The notes below the pieces were generated by a model. That model saw only the letters and a program-made list of their open reading frames with translations. It was not told where the DNA came from and did no database searches. A stretch of DNA of 64,000 nt, from positions 20,584,001-20,648,000 of the forward strand of contig CATNEN010000038.1 of the NCBI GenBank assembly GCA_950097015.1, in the 5' to 3' direction. Shown piece by piece: positions 23,301-35,034 of the stretch. How positions within the stretch are numbered: position 1 is the stretch's first letter; each line of letters starts with the position of its first letter. This DNA is from Macrostomum hystrix (lineage: Eukaryota; Animalia; Platyhelminthes). The position numbers and the translations under genes are program-made.

Positions 23301-26255
23301 CACATATGTAGTAGGGATGCTTTTATCATTTTGAAAAAGTCAAATTCGTACCTATGCTATTTGTTTAAATGTGCTAAATATTTTTTATGCAAAATATTCT
23401 AAATATTCTGTCTAATTCATTCACTTTAACAAACATTTTTGTGTATATAAATGAGTTTTATGTCTAGATCTAGTTAGTAGTTACTACTATAAAAGCTTAG
23501 TGTATTTTTGGTCTTGGGTAATAAGTTTAGAAACAAAACTTGTCTTAATTTACTTTTATTATACTTTTTAGACCAAAGTAATGTGTACTTTTAAACTATC
23601 TCTTAAAAGAGCTTTTTTACTCCAATTCTTTCTTTAAGAAATACTCTTTAAAATGATATATTCATTATAGAAATATGCAAGAAAGACATTAATAATGGGG
23701 CTTAAATTACTGGCTATACAATTAACTGTGTTCTTAAGCACAAATGGCAGACACAAAACCTTCTAGTGCTGCTGAATTATCAAACTGCACTCATTATTCC
23801 CTCTCTACATCTCTCCTTCCCTGACTTTCTTTCTCTCTCACTCTTTGACTCTTTCTCTCTCTGACTCTCTCTCCCTATCTGACTCTCTCCCTCTCTGACT
23901 CTCTCTTTCTGACTCTCTCTCCCTATCTGACTCTCTCCCTATCTGACTCACTTCCTCTCTGACTCTCTCCCTATCTGACTCTTTTTCTGACTCTCTCTCC
24001 CTATCTGACTCCCTCCCTATCTGACTCACTCCCTCTCTGACTCTCTCCCTATCTGACTCACTCCCTCTCTGACTCTCTCCCTATCTGACTCTCTCCCAGA
24101 TGCCACAATTTCTTATTACAGATAAGCCTACATTATTCAAACTTTTTAATTAACTATAAATTACTGATTCCATATATTGGCTTTCAAAATTAAAACTAAG
24201 CTCAAAAGAAGACAGAAAACTATTTGGCAATGCTTATTGACTGACATTACAACATTTGGCTAGAAATTCCGTACTTTATTGGATAATGTACATGTACTTT
24301 TTTACTTTGACAATTAACAATAAGGATATAAAATTATGTATAGTAGCTATGTTGGTTAATAAGTATGTTTTTAAAGGGCCAATTATCCTAACTAGATAAA
24401 AATTATAACATTCATAGACATTAGCATTGAACATATAAGATAATTAGTTTTTGTTTTTAAAGAGGCTGAAGAATCCCACTCAATGCATAGAATTAGCTGC
24501 TCATTCTAAAAAAATACCACTATAGGCTGCCTTGGCATAGCTCACTAGTGGCTAGTGCAAATATATTTGAACTTTGTGAAGATCTTAACTATTATATCGC
24601 TTATCATAATTTAATAATTTCACTGGAATACTGCAAAACTATATTTAAGATTCAGTGCAAAGTGCAAAGGATGGCTGTAGGCACAAAGCCGCACAACATA
24701 CAGTCTTTGAGTACTGCACTTCTAGCTATAATCATATAAAAATGATTAAGCTCTGAGAAGGTAGAGTTATGGAAATCTGCTCTAAATTTATTGAAATTTT
24801 GGGTAAACATGTCAGCAAAAACTTATTGGCAAATGTAAAGGTTCTTTAGCTAAAATTGCATATGTTAAAATAGCTAATTAGGTAATAAAAAATACCAAGC
24901 TAATTTTCATTTGTTACTCACAAGTTTCACACTAAATAATAGACCCAAACTAACTTATCCTATTTATCTTAGGCTTTTTGCATGCATGCATGTTAGGCCT
25001 ATAGTCACACTGACCTACTCACACTATGCTATCACTAAAAATGGTTCAGTGAAGCTAAGGCTGCAGTGATGAATTTTTTAACGTGCAGCAATGTGAAGCA
25101 CTGATGGAGATGTGCACTGTGCAAGTCAATTAAATCATTTTTGGTGCATTTATAAAAAAACTGCGCATTTATGTCATACTCAAAATAGTCTAACTGGTTA
25201 AGCAGCTAGGCTTATTGTCATAGACACGCTAAAAATGATCTATCCAGTTAAAGTTGAGTAAAAATAGTTAAATACTTTTATTTACATTCCCTTCAAATCT
25301 AATAAAATTCTTTGATTGAAACGTAAACAATAAGTCGTTTATTGTTTTGGCACGGAAATCGTCTGAATGTTTTAAAAAAGAGTAGCATTCTTAAAAACGA
25401 AACTGAATAAAAAGTTCATTTGATCGTTGTCAAGCAGGTTAAAACAAATTATTGTAATGCTGTACAGGAAGAAGCAGATTTTTATCCCTTTATTAAACAA
25501 GAAACGAATAATTAATATGTGATAATTTTATTGATTAAATTGATATTTAAAATAAGTAAATAAACTTATATTTACAATTCATTACAGATGCTTTTTACGA
25601 CAGCAATCAGAAGAGTTTTATTCACAAGTATTGGTCTTGGCAGAGCGCTACTGAGAGCGGCTTTCGGCCAAGGACCAAAGCAGTGGTTACATTTTAGTAT
25701 TTTGTGCCGACTACGACAAATAATAGAGATATTTGCCTATTTATATTTAGAGATATTCATGCATGAGCGAATTTGGATCCCTGCTCTATATTCTAGAGGA
25801 CACGATCGCGGGCGACTGCATGCAGCACTACCTAATTATTACGACCAAGGACTACTAAACTGCACTATTAATGTGTCATTTAGTAGTCCTTGATTACGAC
25901 TTTGCTCCTTTTTCCGAACGCGTAAGCTGGCATACGCGCATAAACAGTTGTGTAAATCTGACCTGACTTTCTCGATCGTTGTCTGCAGTCAGTGAACGCA
26001 CTACACTTTCACTTTGTGTAGGAGGTTGGCCCTCAATGGCTTAACTTGCACCGCGACAAGCCTCCAAGCCTTTTTAGCGACTGCGCCCAAAATGAATGTT
26101 GCCTCGCCGCGGAATCGAGCTCACGGACCTCGTCGCTGAATCGAGCTCACGGACCTTTAGTACAAGAGGCAAATGAGTTAGAGACCGTGCTGATCAGCTA
26201 CTCATACCCATGTAATTGTCTTTCTACAATCTCCATTTGTTGTCGATGTTGACAT
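17323..26255 (-). CDS. CDS: Phosphatidate cytidylyltransferase (CDP-diacylglycerol synthase, CDS1/2-type)
   Basis: Exons 22873-23253, 22626-22802, 21590-21709, 21394-21476, 19448-19745, 18821-18853, 17845-18077 and 17323-17446 are phase-consistent. Motifs: [79 protein letters not shown]. The first exon 26208-26255 is tentative. Confidence 0.92.
17455..17650. repeat. 30-bp minisatellite in the last CDS intron
   Basis: Unit ggagggtttctgattaaacctgaggatcag starts about 10 bp from the acceptor. Confidence 0.95.
18123..18560. repeat. About 23-bp minisatellite in a CDS intron
   Basis: Units ctgctgcgattctagctgtactc and ctgctgcgattctagctatacac. Confidence 0.95.
18975..19375 (+). mobile_element. Unclassified dispersed repeat (inverted copy at about 41720-42125)
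   Basis: About 400 bp shared in opposite orientation (cttctgaaacaagaatcaag...gccaggccttcaaaat.tatcagcatgtcacccga...aatattaggcgcagctcaaccacag). Confidence 0.8.
19762..21380. repeat. 33-bp minisatellite with a recurring variant block, filling a CDS intron
   Basis: Unit gagttgtctatggaacagactgc(t/a)gacagatat. The block agagtgttgacatatgagatgggatatt recurs six times. Confidence 0.95.
21733..22605. repeat. 38-bp minisatellite filling a CDS intron
   Basis: Unit gtagataaaggagtagaatggatttctaatctatccca. A variant (aagttgct) is confined to the donor-side units. Confidence 0.95.
23075..23250. repeat. 18-bp repeat in frame in the CDS N-terminus, encoding (MSDKTA)n
   Basis: About 8 copies of gacattgctgtcttgtca in an open frame contiguous with the RWQNW exon. 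Confidence 0.85.
23800..24098. repeat. 16-bp CT-rich minisatellite
   Basis: Unit ctctctccctatctga. Confidence 0.9.
25930..26190 (-). mobile_element. SINE family A copy
   Basis: gcctcgccgcggaatcgagctca.ggacct and cctgactttctc match the family in reverse orientation. Confidence 0.75.
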
Positions 26256-28107
26256 CTGTAGGAATTTTTCATTTCCGAATGTGTTGACATGTTTATCAAA
26301 CGTTTACAATTTACTTTTGTAATGACAATCTAGCCATACAAATGATACGGAATTCATGTAATGTAAGGACGCTTGAAGTGTAGTGCGTAAACTATTATTT
26401 CAAAATATAATACGTGAGCTATACTTGTTGCCATCTGCAGTACTATACGTAAAATGCTTATTTTAGGACTACGTCCAGAACTTGTGTACAACTATACTAA
26501 CGCCATATATGTATTCTGTGTCCTGCATGGATCCAAAGGTAAAGCTTTAATTAGGCCATACAGCTGCTAGGCTAACTTAAAAAAGTTTATGATTTCACAA
26601 AAACTGCATAACGTAACAAAATTGCTCATTTTTGAGAGATTACACGCAGATATAGAAGATCGGCATGGATGAGAACATGAACAGAAAATGAACATTCAGT
26701 AAATGTAAACTTAACGCATTAAAACATGACATAATATTTGACATGATTCATATGCAAGAAACTACGATAACTACATAACTACGAAACTACATATATCAGA
26801 AATTAAAATGAAAACATTGGATTTTTGTAAATCTTAGAATTCAATGGTTAAAATTCCGCATCGACTCGCTTTCATGACGATGGAATTTGAGCCTGTTCGT
26901 GTTGTGCGCGTTTTCAATCCTAGCTCAGATAAATTCTTGGGATTGAAGATTTTAGACTTTTTACTTAATTTCTTCTCTGATGTGATCGAGTTTCACAAAA
27001 GCTTCGATAACATGACATGTTGATACTGTGCCTGTACACAATCTCGTACTTTTACGAGAAAAAAATGAAAAGTTCGTATAGGTCATAGGATATCAGAGTA
27101 TAGTCGCTTCAAAGAAAAAAGTAATCAGAATGTACTTAATCAGAAGCTAAATAAAAATTGTTCAATCGACCGATGCAAACTTTGAAAATCTCAAATCTCA
27201 AACTCAAAAATCTTCTTTCCCAAATCCCCTCACTCCTGAAAGTTTTAGGTGCAATGGTCACGTGTGTGTTGTGTGCGTGGGCTGCTATAGAACATTGCAA
27301 TTGTAACACGATCGCGATTTTAAGGTTTTTTATCGTTGATAATTAAATTGAACGTTATAAATTAGGTTAATTTTAATTTAATTTATAAGCTATGTTTAAT
27401 GCTAAAAAACTGCCGATAAAACGGGCAGATAATGAGATTGCTGTGCACTTTTAGTGACAAGACGCACGTAGGATGTGCGTTTATGTCCCTCTTGCGTATT
27501 AATGTCGCTCTAGTTCATAGGCTTAAGTTTAGTAGACCACATTCAAGGAATAGTTTAGTCAAACATTTTTGTCTATGGTAGGAAGCGGGGGTTTCGTCCG
27601 ATACACTTAGGCGCGCCTCGCAAAACAATCGTTGTCACGCACCGCGACGCTGATGCTTGTTGCTACCATAGAAGCGCGCGGCAATGTTTTCATTTTAGAT
27701 GTATTCGATATCAGGAAACGGCCATGTCTATGGCGAAACCTCTCATCCTACGGGGGCTCCATGCCAGTCTCACGATAAGAGCAGCGAAATATAGCTTTTG
27801 TCAGACTATCTCAGCCTGTGGGAATTCAAACTCAGCCAGCCCATCTTGTCACTGCGGTTTTTTTACTGAAGCTGCTAATTTTTACCATTGACATGCATCT
27901 TAAGACCATGCTATCTCAGCTTGGGACGAGCAATCTCAGCCAACCTATAAGTTCTATGTTATTCTGTCTATAGTTTTGTTAACATTTTTTAAACAGTCTA
28001 TTTACAAGAGAAAAACTGGGTAACAGAAAACAGAGTATGGGATGGGATATACAGAGCAAACTTTGAAAATGGCTACCAGAGACGATCAGTTAACAGGCTA
28101 TTTCAGT

Positions 28108-28779
28108 TTAGTTGAAAGGTACCTCCTGGATGCATTGTGGGAAGCTACGGTTGCAGTGAATTTCCCACCTGGCTACCTTCATTGGCGTCACAACTTGCAA
28201 AGAGTCTCGGCCCACTCGCTCCAGCAGAAAAATGCGCCATTCCACGCAGGTGACTCCATCAGGTCGGCCACCAGCTTCTACCTCCACCAGTGCGGGGTCA
28301 GCGAGCTGCAGCTTGATCGAAGCCTTCACTGCACTATGAGCCATCTCACACGGGTTGAGAAACAGCGAGTAAGCGGGCAGCAGCTGAATTTCAAACTGAT
28401 GGCGGTGCTGCTCCGGCACTGTCACACCGCGATGAAAGCTTGGACCATCGCAGACTACGACGACTCTGGCGTTGCCCATTTCCGGGATGACTTGCTCCAC
28501 GAGGTCATTGATGAATTGTTGAAACCTCTCCTTTGTCTGGCCTCCTCTGAAAAACTCACTCTTCACCAACCCAAGTGCAGATGACACGGCCAGACAGATG
28601 GAAAGATTTGGACCCCTCTGTGTTGGGCAACGCCGTCTCACTGGCTGACCCCGTCGCGACCTTCCCTGTGATCTGCGCGTCCAGAGGTTGTACCCCGTCT
28701 CGTCTATATAGATTACCACCGGATCCAGTTGCAGTCCCGCCATGAATAGCGCATACTCGCGTCGCTTCTCTCTTCTCAC
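28108..28779 (-). mobile_element. IS630/Tc1/mariner-superfamily transposase catalytic domain, 5'-truncated
   Basis: YIDETG...VVVCDGPSFH...LPAYSLFLNPCE forms a DDE triad with 33 residues between the second D and the E. No HTH domain or TIRs recognised. Confidence 0.88.
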
Positions 28780-29404
28780 TTCTATACTCCTTTAGAATAG
28801 AAATGGTTAGTTCTGAATGTTTTTGCACTGCTTTTAAGTTTTACCAGAAACGGGTCTCTTAGGTGGTTTTTATTAGGTGGTTCACACGGCCGGGAACCCT
28901 CTGTCTGAAGTATGAGCAATTGAAAAAAAATACTTTCGGAGCACCTATCGGAAGACTTTAGACCAGCTACTTTTTTAAGCATAGTTTTCAAACCTGACTA
29001 AAGTATACGTTAACTACGGCTACGGCTACTATAATTCTACAGCTCAATATGCTTTAGAATACTCATTTACTTTCGCCTGCCCTGGTGGGGTGCACATTTT
29101 CCATTTAGTGACACCTTTGTCTTCGCGTGCTTCAATTTCAATATGCTTGAGCAATTGTTGTTGTTGCTATACGCATACCCCCAGATGCTGTACGCCTGCG
29201 TCATCGACGATTTGCTTCACAGGTTCATATGAATACTCCATTTGATAGACAATTGATTGACAATTAACTGCAGGTCAGTGTTTATCCTGACAACCAATTA
29301 ATAGCAACTGGATGAATAGACACTGAAGAGCATAACTAAACTCCATGCTCAAACCCGGCACCTTTCCTTCTCCATTGCAGTGGAGTTAAAATTGTGAAAG
29401 ACTG

Positions 29405-29480
29405 CCGACCAATGACGGAATGCAGGCGACCTATAGGAGATGACATTTCTCACTCATTGGCCCCTATACCCGACTATAAA
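29405..29480 (+). promoter_or_regulatory. Candidate Pol II promoter of the peptide gene
   Basis: CCAAT overlapping TGACG at about 29409, an inverted CCAAT at 29456, and TATAAA at 29475, 70 bp before the ATG. Confidence 0.55.
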
Positions 29481-29544
29481 TTCTACTGCAGAAGTGTGTT
29501 TTAGAGGCTCTACTTTCACAATACAGAAGCTATAAGCTCCAGCC

Positions 29545-29850
29545 ATGCTCGACTTACACGGCTCGCAGCTAGTTCTGCTGGCCATCCTAGTCTGCTGTCT
29601 GTGCAGCACCACATGCCAGGCATTCCGCCTGCAAACCGATTCCAGTTCGCACCTGGAGCACGCAGCAGCAGGTTTGGTTGCCAAGTTTGCTGATAAATCA
29701 ATTAATCAACAAGCGCCTATACGACTAGCAACCAATAATCGATTGGAGAAGAGAGGCCCGGAGATCATGATGCTGAGACAGATGTTCTGCGCCGAATACT
29801 GGAAAAGAGGCCTAGTACCGCCTGGATACCTGAAGTGCTCATTTGACTGA
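29545..29850 (+). CDS. Secreted peptide (neuropeptide/toxin-like) precursor, 101 aa
   Basis: Good start context (gccATG), hydrophobic signal peptide ending at about TCQA, a propeptide, a KR site, then GPEIMMLRQMFCAEYW-KR-GLVPPGYLKCSFD. TATA box upstream and AATAAA at 30067. Confidence 0.8.
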   Translation: MLDLHGSQLVLLAILVCCLCSTTCQAFRLQTDSSSHLEHAAAGLVAKFADKSINQQAPIRLATNNRLEKRGPEIMMLRQMFCAEYWKRGLVPPGYLKCSFD

Positions 29851-30364
29851 CCTAATTGGAGCTGACTAACAGGAACACTGAGGAGCTTATAAATTAGATT
29901 CTGATGATTCTGATGAGGACCTGCTGTCAGTAGATAGAATTCTAACTGAAGCTTGTTTATTTGGGTCAGCAGTTGACGTCAGAGACGTTTAATTTTAATG
30001 TCCAATGAAGTTGAATCAATAACAATTATTTCTGTTTCTGTGGTAAGTGTAAACTAAAAATTTGAGAATAAACCTAAAAACCGCAACAAGTATTTCACTT
30101 GACTTCATTATAAAAAAACGCATGACAAAGCAGAAGTCATTGTGACCAATTATTGATTTCTTCTATGCTTCTGTTTGATGCTTCTGCAAAACTGTGACTA
30201 CTGATTTCATCAATAAATTACTTGTGCTTTTTAAATGCCAGATTATGGAGAGAATTTCGTTATTCTTCCTTTATTTATTAATTTCGACTTTCAATTTCAT
30301 AAAAATCTTAACCAGAAGCCAATTTAACGAACAGCTGGCGACAAACCAAATTACCGTACTGTAC

Positions 30365-32610
30365 TACAACACGATTCATACAACCAAATCGACACGATTC
30401 CTACAACCAATGCGACACGATTCCTACAACCAATACAACACGATTCCTACAACCAATACAACACGATTCCTACAACCAATGCGACACGATTCCTACAACC
30501 AATGCGACACGATTCCTGTAATCAATACAACACGATTCCTACAACCAATGCGACACGATTCCTACAACCAATGCGACACGATTCCTACAACCAATGCGAC
30601 ACGATTCCTACAACCAATGCGACAAGATTCCTGTAATCAATACAACACGATTCCTACAACCAATGCGACACGATTCCTGTAATCAATACAACACGATTCC
30701 TACAACCAATGCGACACGATTCCTACAACTAATGCGACACGATTCCTGTAATCAATACAACACGATTCCTACAACCAATGCGACACGATTCCTACAACCA
30801 ATGCGACACGATTCCTACAACCAATGCGACACGATTCCTGTAATCAATACAACACGATTCCTACAACCAATGCGACACGATTCCTACAACCAATCGACAC
30901 GATTCCTGTAATCAATACAACACGATTCCTACAACCAATGCGACACGATTCCTGTAATCAATACAACACGATTCCTACAACCAATGCGACACGATTCCTA
31001 CAACCAATCGACACGATTCCTGTAATCAATACAACACGATTCCTACAACCAATGCGACACGATTCCTACAACCAATGCGACACGATTCCTGTAACCAATA
31101 CAAAACGATTCCTACAACCAATGCGACACGATTCCTACAACCAATACAACACGATTCCTACAACCAATGCAACACGATTCCTACAACCAATGCGACACGA
31201 TTCCTGTAATCAATACAACACGATTCCTACAACCAATGCGACACGATTCCTACAACCAATGCGACACGATTCCTACAACCAATGCGACACGATTCCTGTA
31301 ATCAATACAACACGATTCCTACAACCAATGCGACACGATTCCTACAACCAATGCGACACGATTCCTACAACCAATGCGACACGATTCCTACAAACAATGC
31401 GACACGATTCCTGTAATCAATACAACACGATTCCTGTAACCAATACAAAACGATTCCTACAACCAATGCGACACGATTCCTGTAATCAATACAACACGTT
31501 TCCTACAACCAATGCGACACGATTCCTGTAATCAATACAACACGATTCCTACAACCAATGCGACACGTTTCCTACAACCAATGCGACACGATTCCTGTAA
31601 TCAATACAACACGATTCCTACAACCAATGCGACACGATTCCTACAACCAATGCGACACGATTCCTACAACCAATACAACACGATTCCTACAACCAATGCA
31701 ACACGATTCCTACAACCAATGCGACACGATTCCTGTAATCAATACAACACGATTCCTACAACCAATGCGACACGATTCCTACAACCAATGCGACACGATT
31801 CCTACAACCAATGCGACACGATTCCTACAACCAATGCGACACGATTCCTACAAACAATGCGACACGATTCCTGTAATCAATACAACACGATTCCTACAAC
31901 CAATGCGACACGATTCCTGTAATCAATACAACACGATTCCTACAACCAATGCGACACGATTCCTACAACCAATGCGACACGATTCCTACAACCAATGCGA
32001 CACGATTCCTACAACCAATCGACACGATTCCTACAACCAATGCGACACGATTCCTGTAATCAATACAACACGATTCCTACAACCAATGCGACACGATTCC
32101 TGTAATCAATACAACACGATTCCTACAACCAATGCGACACGATTCCTACAACCAATGCGACACGATTCCTACAACCAATGCGACACGATTCCTACAAACA
32201 ATGCGACACGATTCCTGTAATCAATACAACACGTTTCCTACAACCAATGCGACACGATTCCTGTAATCAATACAACACGTTTCCTACAACCAATGCGACA
32301 CGATTCCTGTAATCAATACAACACGTTTCCTACAACCAATGCGACACGATTCCTGTAATCAATACAACACGATTCCTACAACCAATGCGACACGATTCCT
32401 ACAACCAATGCGACACGATTCCTACAACCAATACAACACGATTCCTAAACCAATACAACACGATTCCTACAACCAATACAACACGATTCCTAAACCAATA
32501 CAAAACGATTCCTACAACCAATACAACACGATTCCTAAACCAATACAAAACGATTCCTACAACCAATACAACACGATTTCAAATACTGATACACACGATT
32601 TCTACAACGA
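30365..32610. repeat. 23-bp minisatellite, about 2.2 kb, with interspersed variants
   Basis: Units ccaatgcgacacgattcctacaa and tcaatacaacacgattcctgtaa. Confidence 0.95.
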
Positions 32611-34249
32611 TTTTGACTTTTTTGAATCACTTGGATAACAAAGTACTATAGCTGAAAAGTATAGTACTTTTCCTACAGGTTTAAAAAGGTTTAAAAGGTT
32701 TAATGGTTTAAAAAACTTCCTGAATCCTGACGGCATTGTTCTTCAAATCTATACCGTAGGACATCTGCATATAATAAAAAGTGAATGAATTTAATGGAAT
32801 CTGATCGCTTAAATGAATCCTTAACAGAATTGAGGCAAGGATAAATGGCGTGATTTAGGAGCGAGATAAAAAGAGCTCGTTACACCGCTCCTAATCGGAA
32901 TTGAGACGACGAGCAACCCGCAAGGACCGACACGCGAAGACAATGACAATAATATGAGGCGACAGACTGGGCTGCAACGCGTGTAAAAAATATAAATTTG
33001 CTAAAAATAGAGGGAGCGGCTATATACAATGGTAACACGGCTAAGTGGATAAAAATGGACGAGAAGTGAATGAGCTTGCTTTCCGTTGCGGTTTTTGAAC
33101 GCCCCTCTCTATAAATGGCATGGTATTCACGCTGTGGGAAGCGTGGGCTGGTGACTAGGCTATAGGCTACTGCCACCCGTTCTAATTTTTTTCAATTTCT
33201 TTATACTTTCTTTGTCCTATCGCCAGAGTCTCTATTTACTTAATGCATCCTTTTTGACATACTCTAGAATATAATCATTCAGGAGTATATTTTGGTTTTG
33301 TTATAAAACTCGTACTTAAAAATAGAACAGACAAATATTTGGTCTTTGATGAGTTAGTACGAGGATATTCTGACTATGAATTGGGAAATGACCTTTAAAT
33401 GGAATTTTTCAAGGCAAGAAAGTTCCCTAAATGAGGCTATCTAAATGGAAACGAGATTTTTCAGCAGAGATAAGCTTTTAACCCGGAAAAATACGAACAA
33501 ATAAAATAAACGACTGTCTGTGTGGGTTTAAACAAAAAAGTAGCAGGAAAATCTCATTTGCTGTCACATATATATATATATACGCAATATATATATACGC
33601 AATTACTATATTTGTAAGAAATGTCTACTGAATTGCCAAGACTAACATTGTTTGATAATCCGTTTTTTATACAATAGCTTGTCAAACACTTTCCATTCAA
33701 AGTAGACTATACTTAAAAAAAGTGAAACTGTATTTGAGTAAGCCAATGCGCGGATGTAGCTACGGTGAATGCAAAATCAAGTATATACTCTTTCAACGCT
33801 GTATAAATAGTATGGACAATAAAAAAGTTTGACCAATAATAAAAGTACAAGCTGCACTAAAAAACCAAAGAAATTGCACAGACCTTCATAAATCTCATCA
33901 GAACACACCAGTCTGTGCTGTGCATATCTTGAAGCTGTGAGCCGGAATGACTGCATTGTGCTCAATAGTGTGCTTAAATGTGAAGGCGAAGGGAAGTAAA
34001 AAATGAACTTTTAAAATAGGATTACTCATACTACTAAAAGTAGTCTAGAATAAATAGTATCAAGACAAGCCAAAACGTTTGAAATATAAAGTCTCTCCAA
34101 TTCACAAAAAACAGAAAATGTACATATCTACCAAAAACTAGTGTAATTAGCAAATTAGCAAACAATACTGAAATAGTAGTTCATTTGATTATTGGGACAA
34201 TGTTTAGCAGCGAACTGTATGTTAATACTCCAAACAAGACGATTCAGGC

Positions 34250-34720
34250 AGTTCTAGCCCAAGTTAGAGCTTCTGACTTCCGACTGAGAGGTTCGGGGTT
34301 CGACTCCTAGGCCAAGTGGATGAACTTGTGAGCAAGATACTCAATTGCGAGGCCACAACATTGTTTGGAATAAACTTTAAACATGAGTTCAAGGGAGCGA
34401 ATGGCAGTTAACATTTTTTCCTCTCGCACCAAGGTCCTGAGCTCGATTCCGCGGAGAGGCCACATCTAATTATGGCGCAGCCGCGGAGAGAAGGCAGCTG
34501 GGGGCTTGTTGTGCCATTTATGCCCTCAGAGGGCCAACCACCAAGGCACAGTGAGCGTACAGTGCCTGACAATGAGAAAGTCAGGCCAGATGATGATTGG
34601 CTATGTGGCACTTAATTGCTAGTCTAGATAGCCATACATAGTTCAGTCCATGGACCGTAGTCGGAGTCGGGAATCGAACCCCCGACCGTCGGACATTCTA
34701 ACCACTAGGCTACAACCCCA
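34250..34720. mobile_element. Cluster of SINE fragments: B head (+) 34250-34345, A (+) 34395-34605, internally deleted B (-) 34640-34720
   Basis: B-box ggttcgactcc/ggttcgattcc; tails match the fuller copies at 57492 and 59555. Confidence 0.7.
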
Positions 34721-35034
34721 TTCAGTAGTTAAGTTATTAATGATATATACACAGACGCGATTCGACAAAAAACGCAGATTATTAGAGTATTTTTTTACAA
34801 GCAAGCACACGGGTAAAGAGATATCTACACTATCAATAGCTGCTTAAAAATATAATCAATTTGATTAATTAGAAAACGCCTTTATTTAGCAGCTGTATTT
34901 TTCATTGCTAAAGCTTAAATTTGAATAGCTAAGTGCGATTATATAAAAGTGCATCTATTCTAAAACAAACAAGGACAGAAGGATAGATCTCCGGGTAGAA
35001 CACCGGGCAGCGGGTTAATTAAACCCGGTCGAGC

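Noticed and set aside
27577-27751. Short inverted repeat as a transposon terminus
   Set aside because: It is an imperfect 20-bp match with no TSD, and it does not bracket the transposase.
28042-28584. 180-aa plus-strand ORF
   Set aside because: It is the antisense shadow of the transposase and has no recognisable motifs.
30365-32610. CRISPR-like array (this and the other 21-46 bp arrays)
   Set aside because: Units are head-to-tail with no unique spacers, there are no cas genes, and the context is eukaryotic and largely intronic.
34250-34720. tRNA genes (also about 51180, 59560 and 60465)
   Set aside because: A/B boxes are present, but acceptor and anticodon stems do not close and the sequences continue into SINE bodies.
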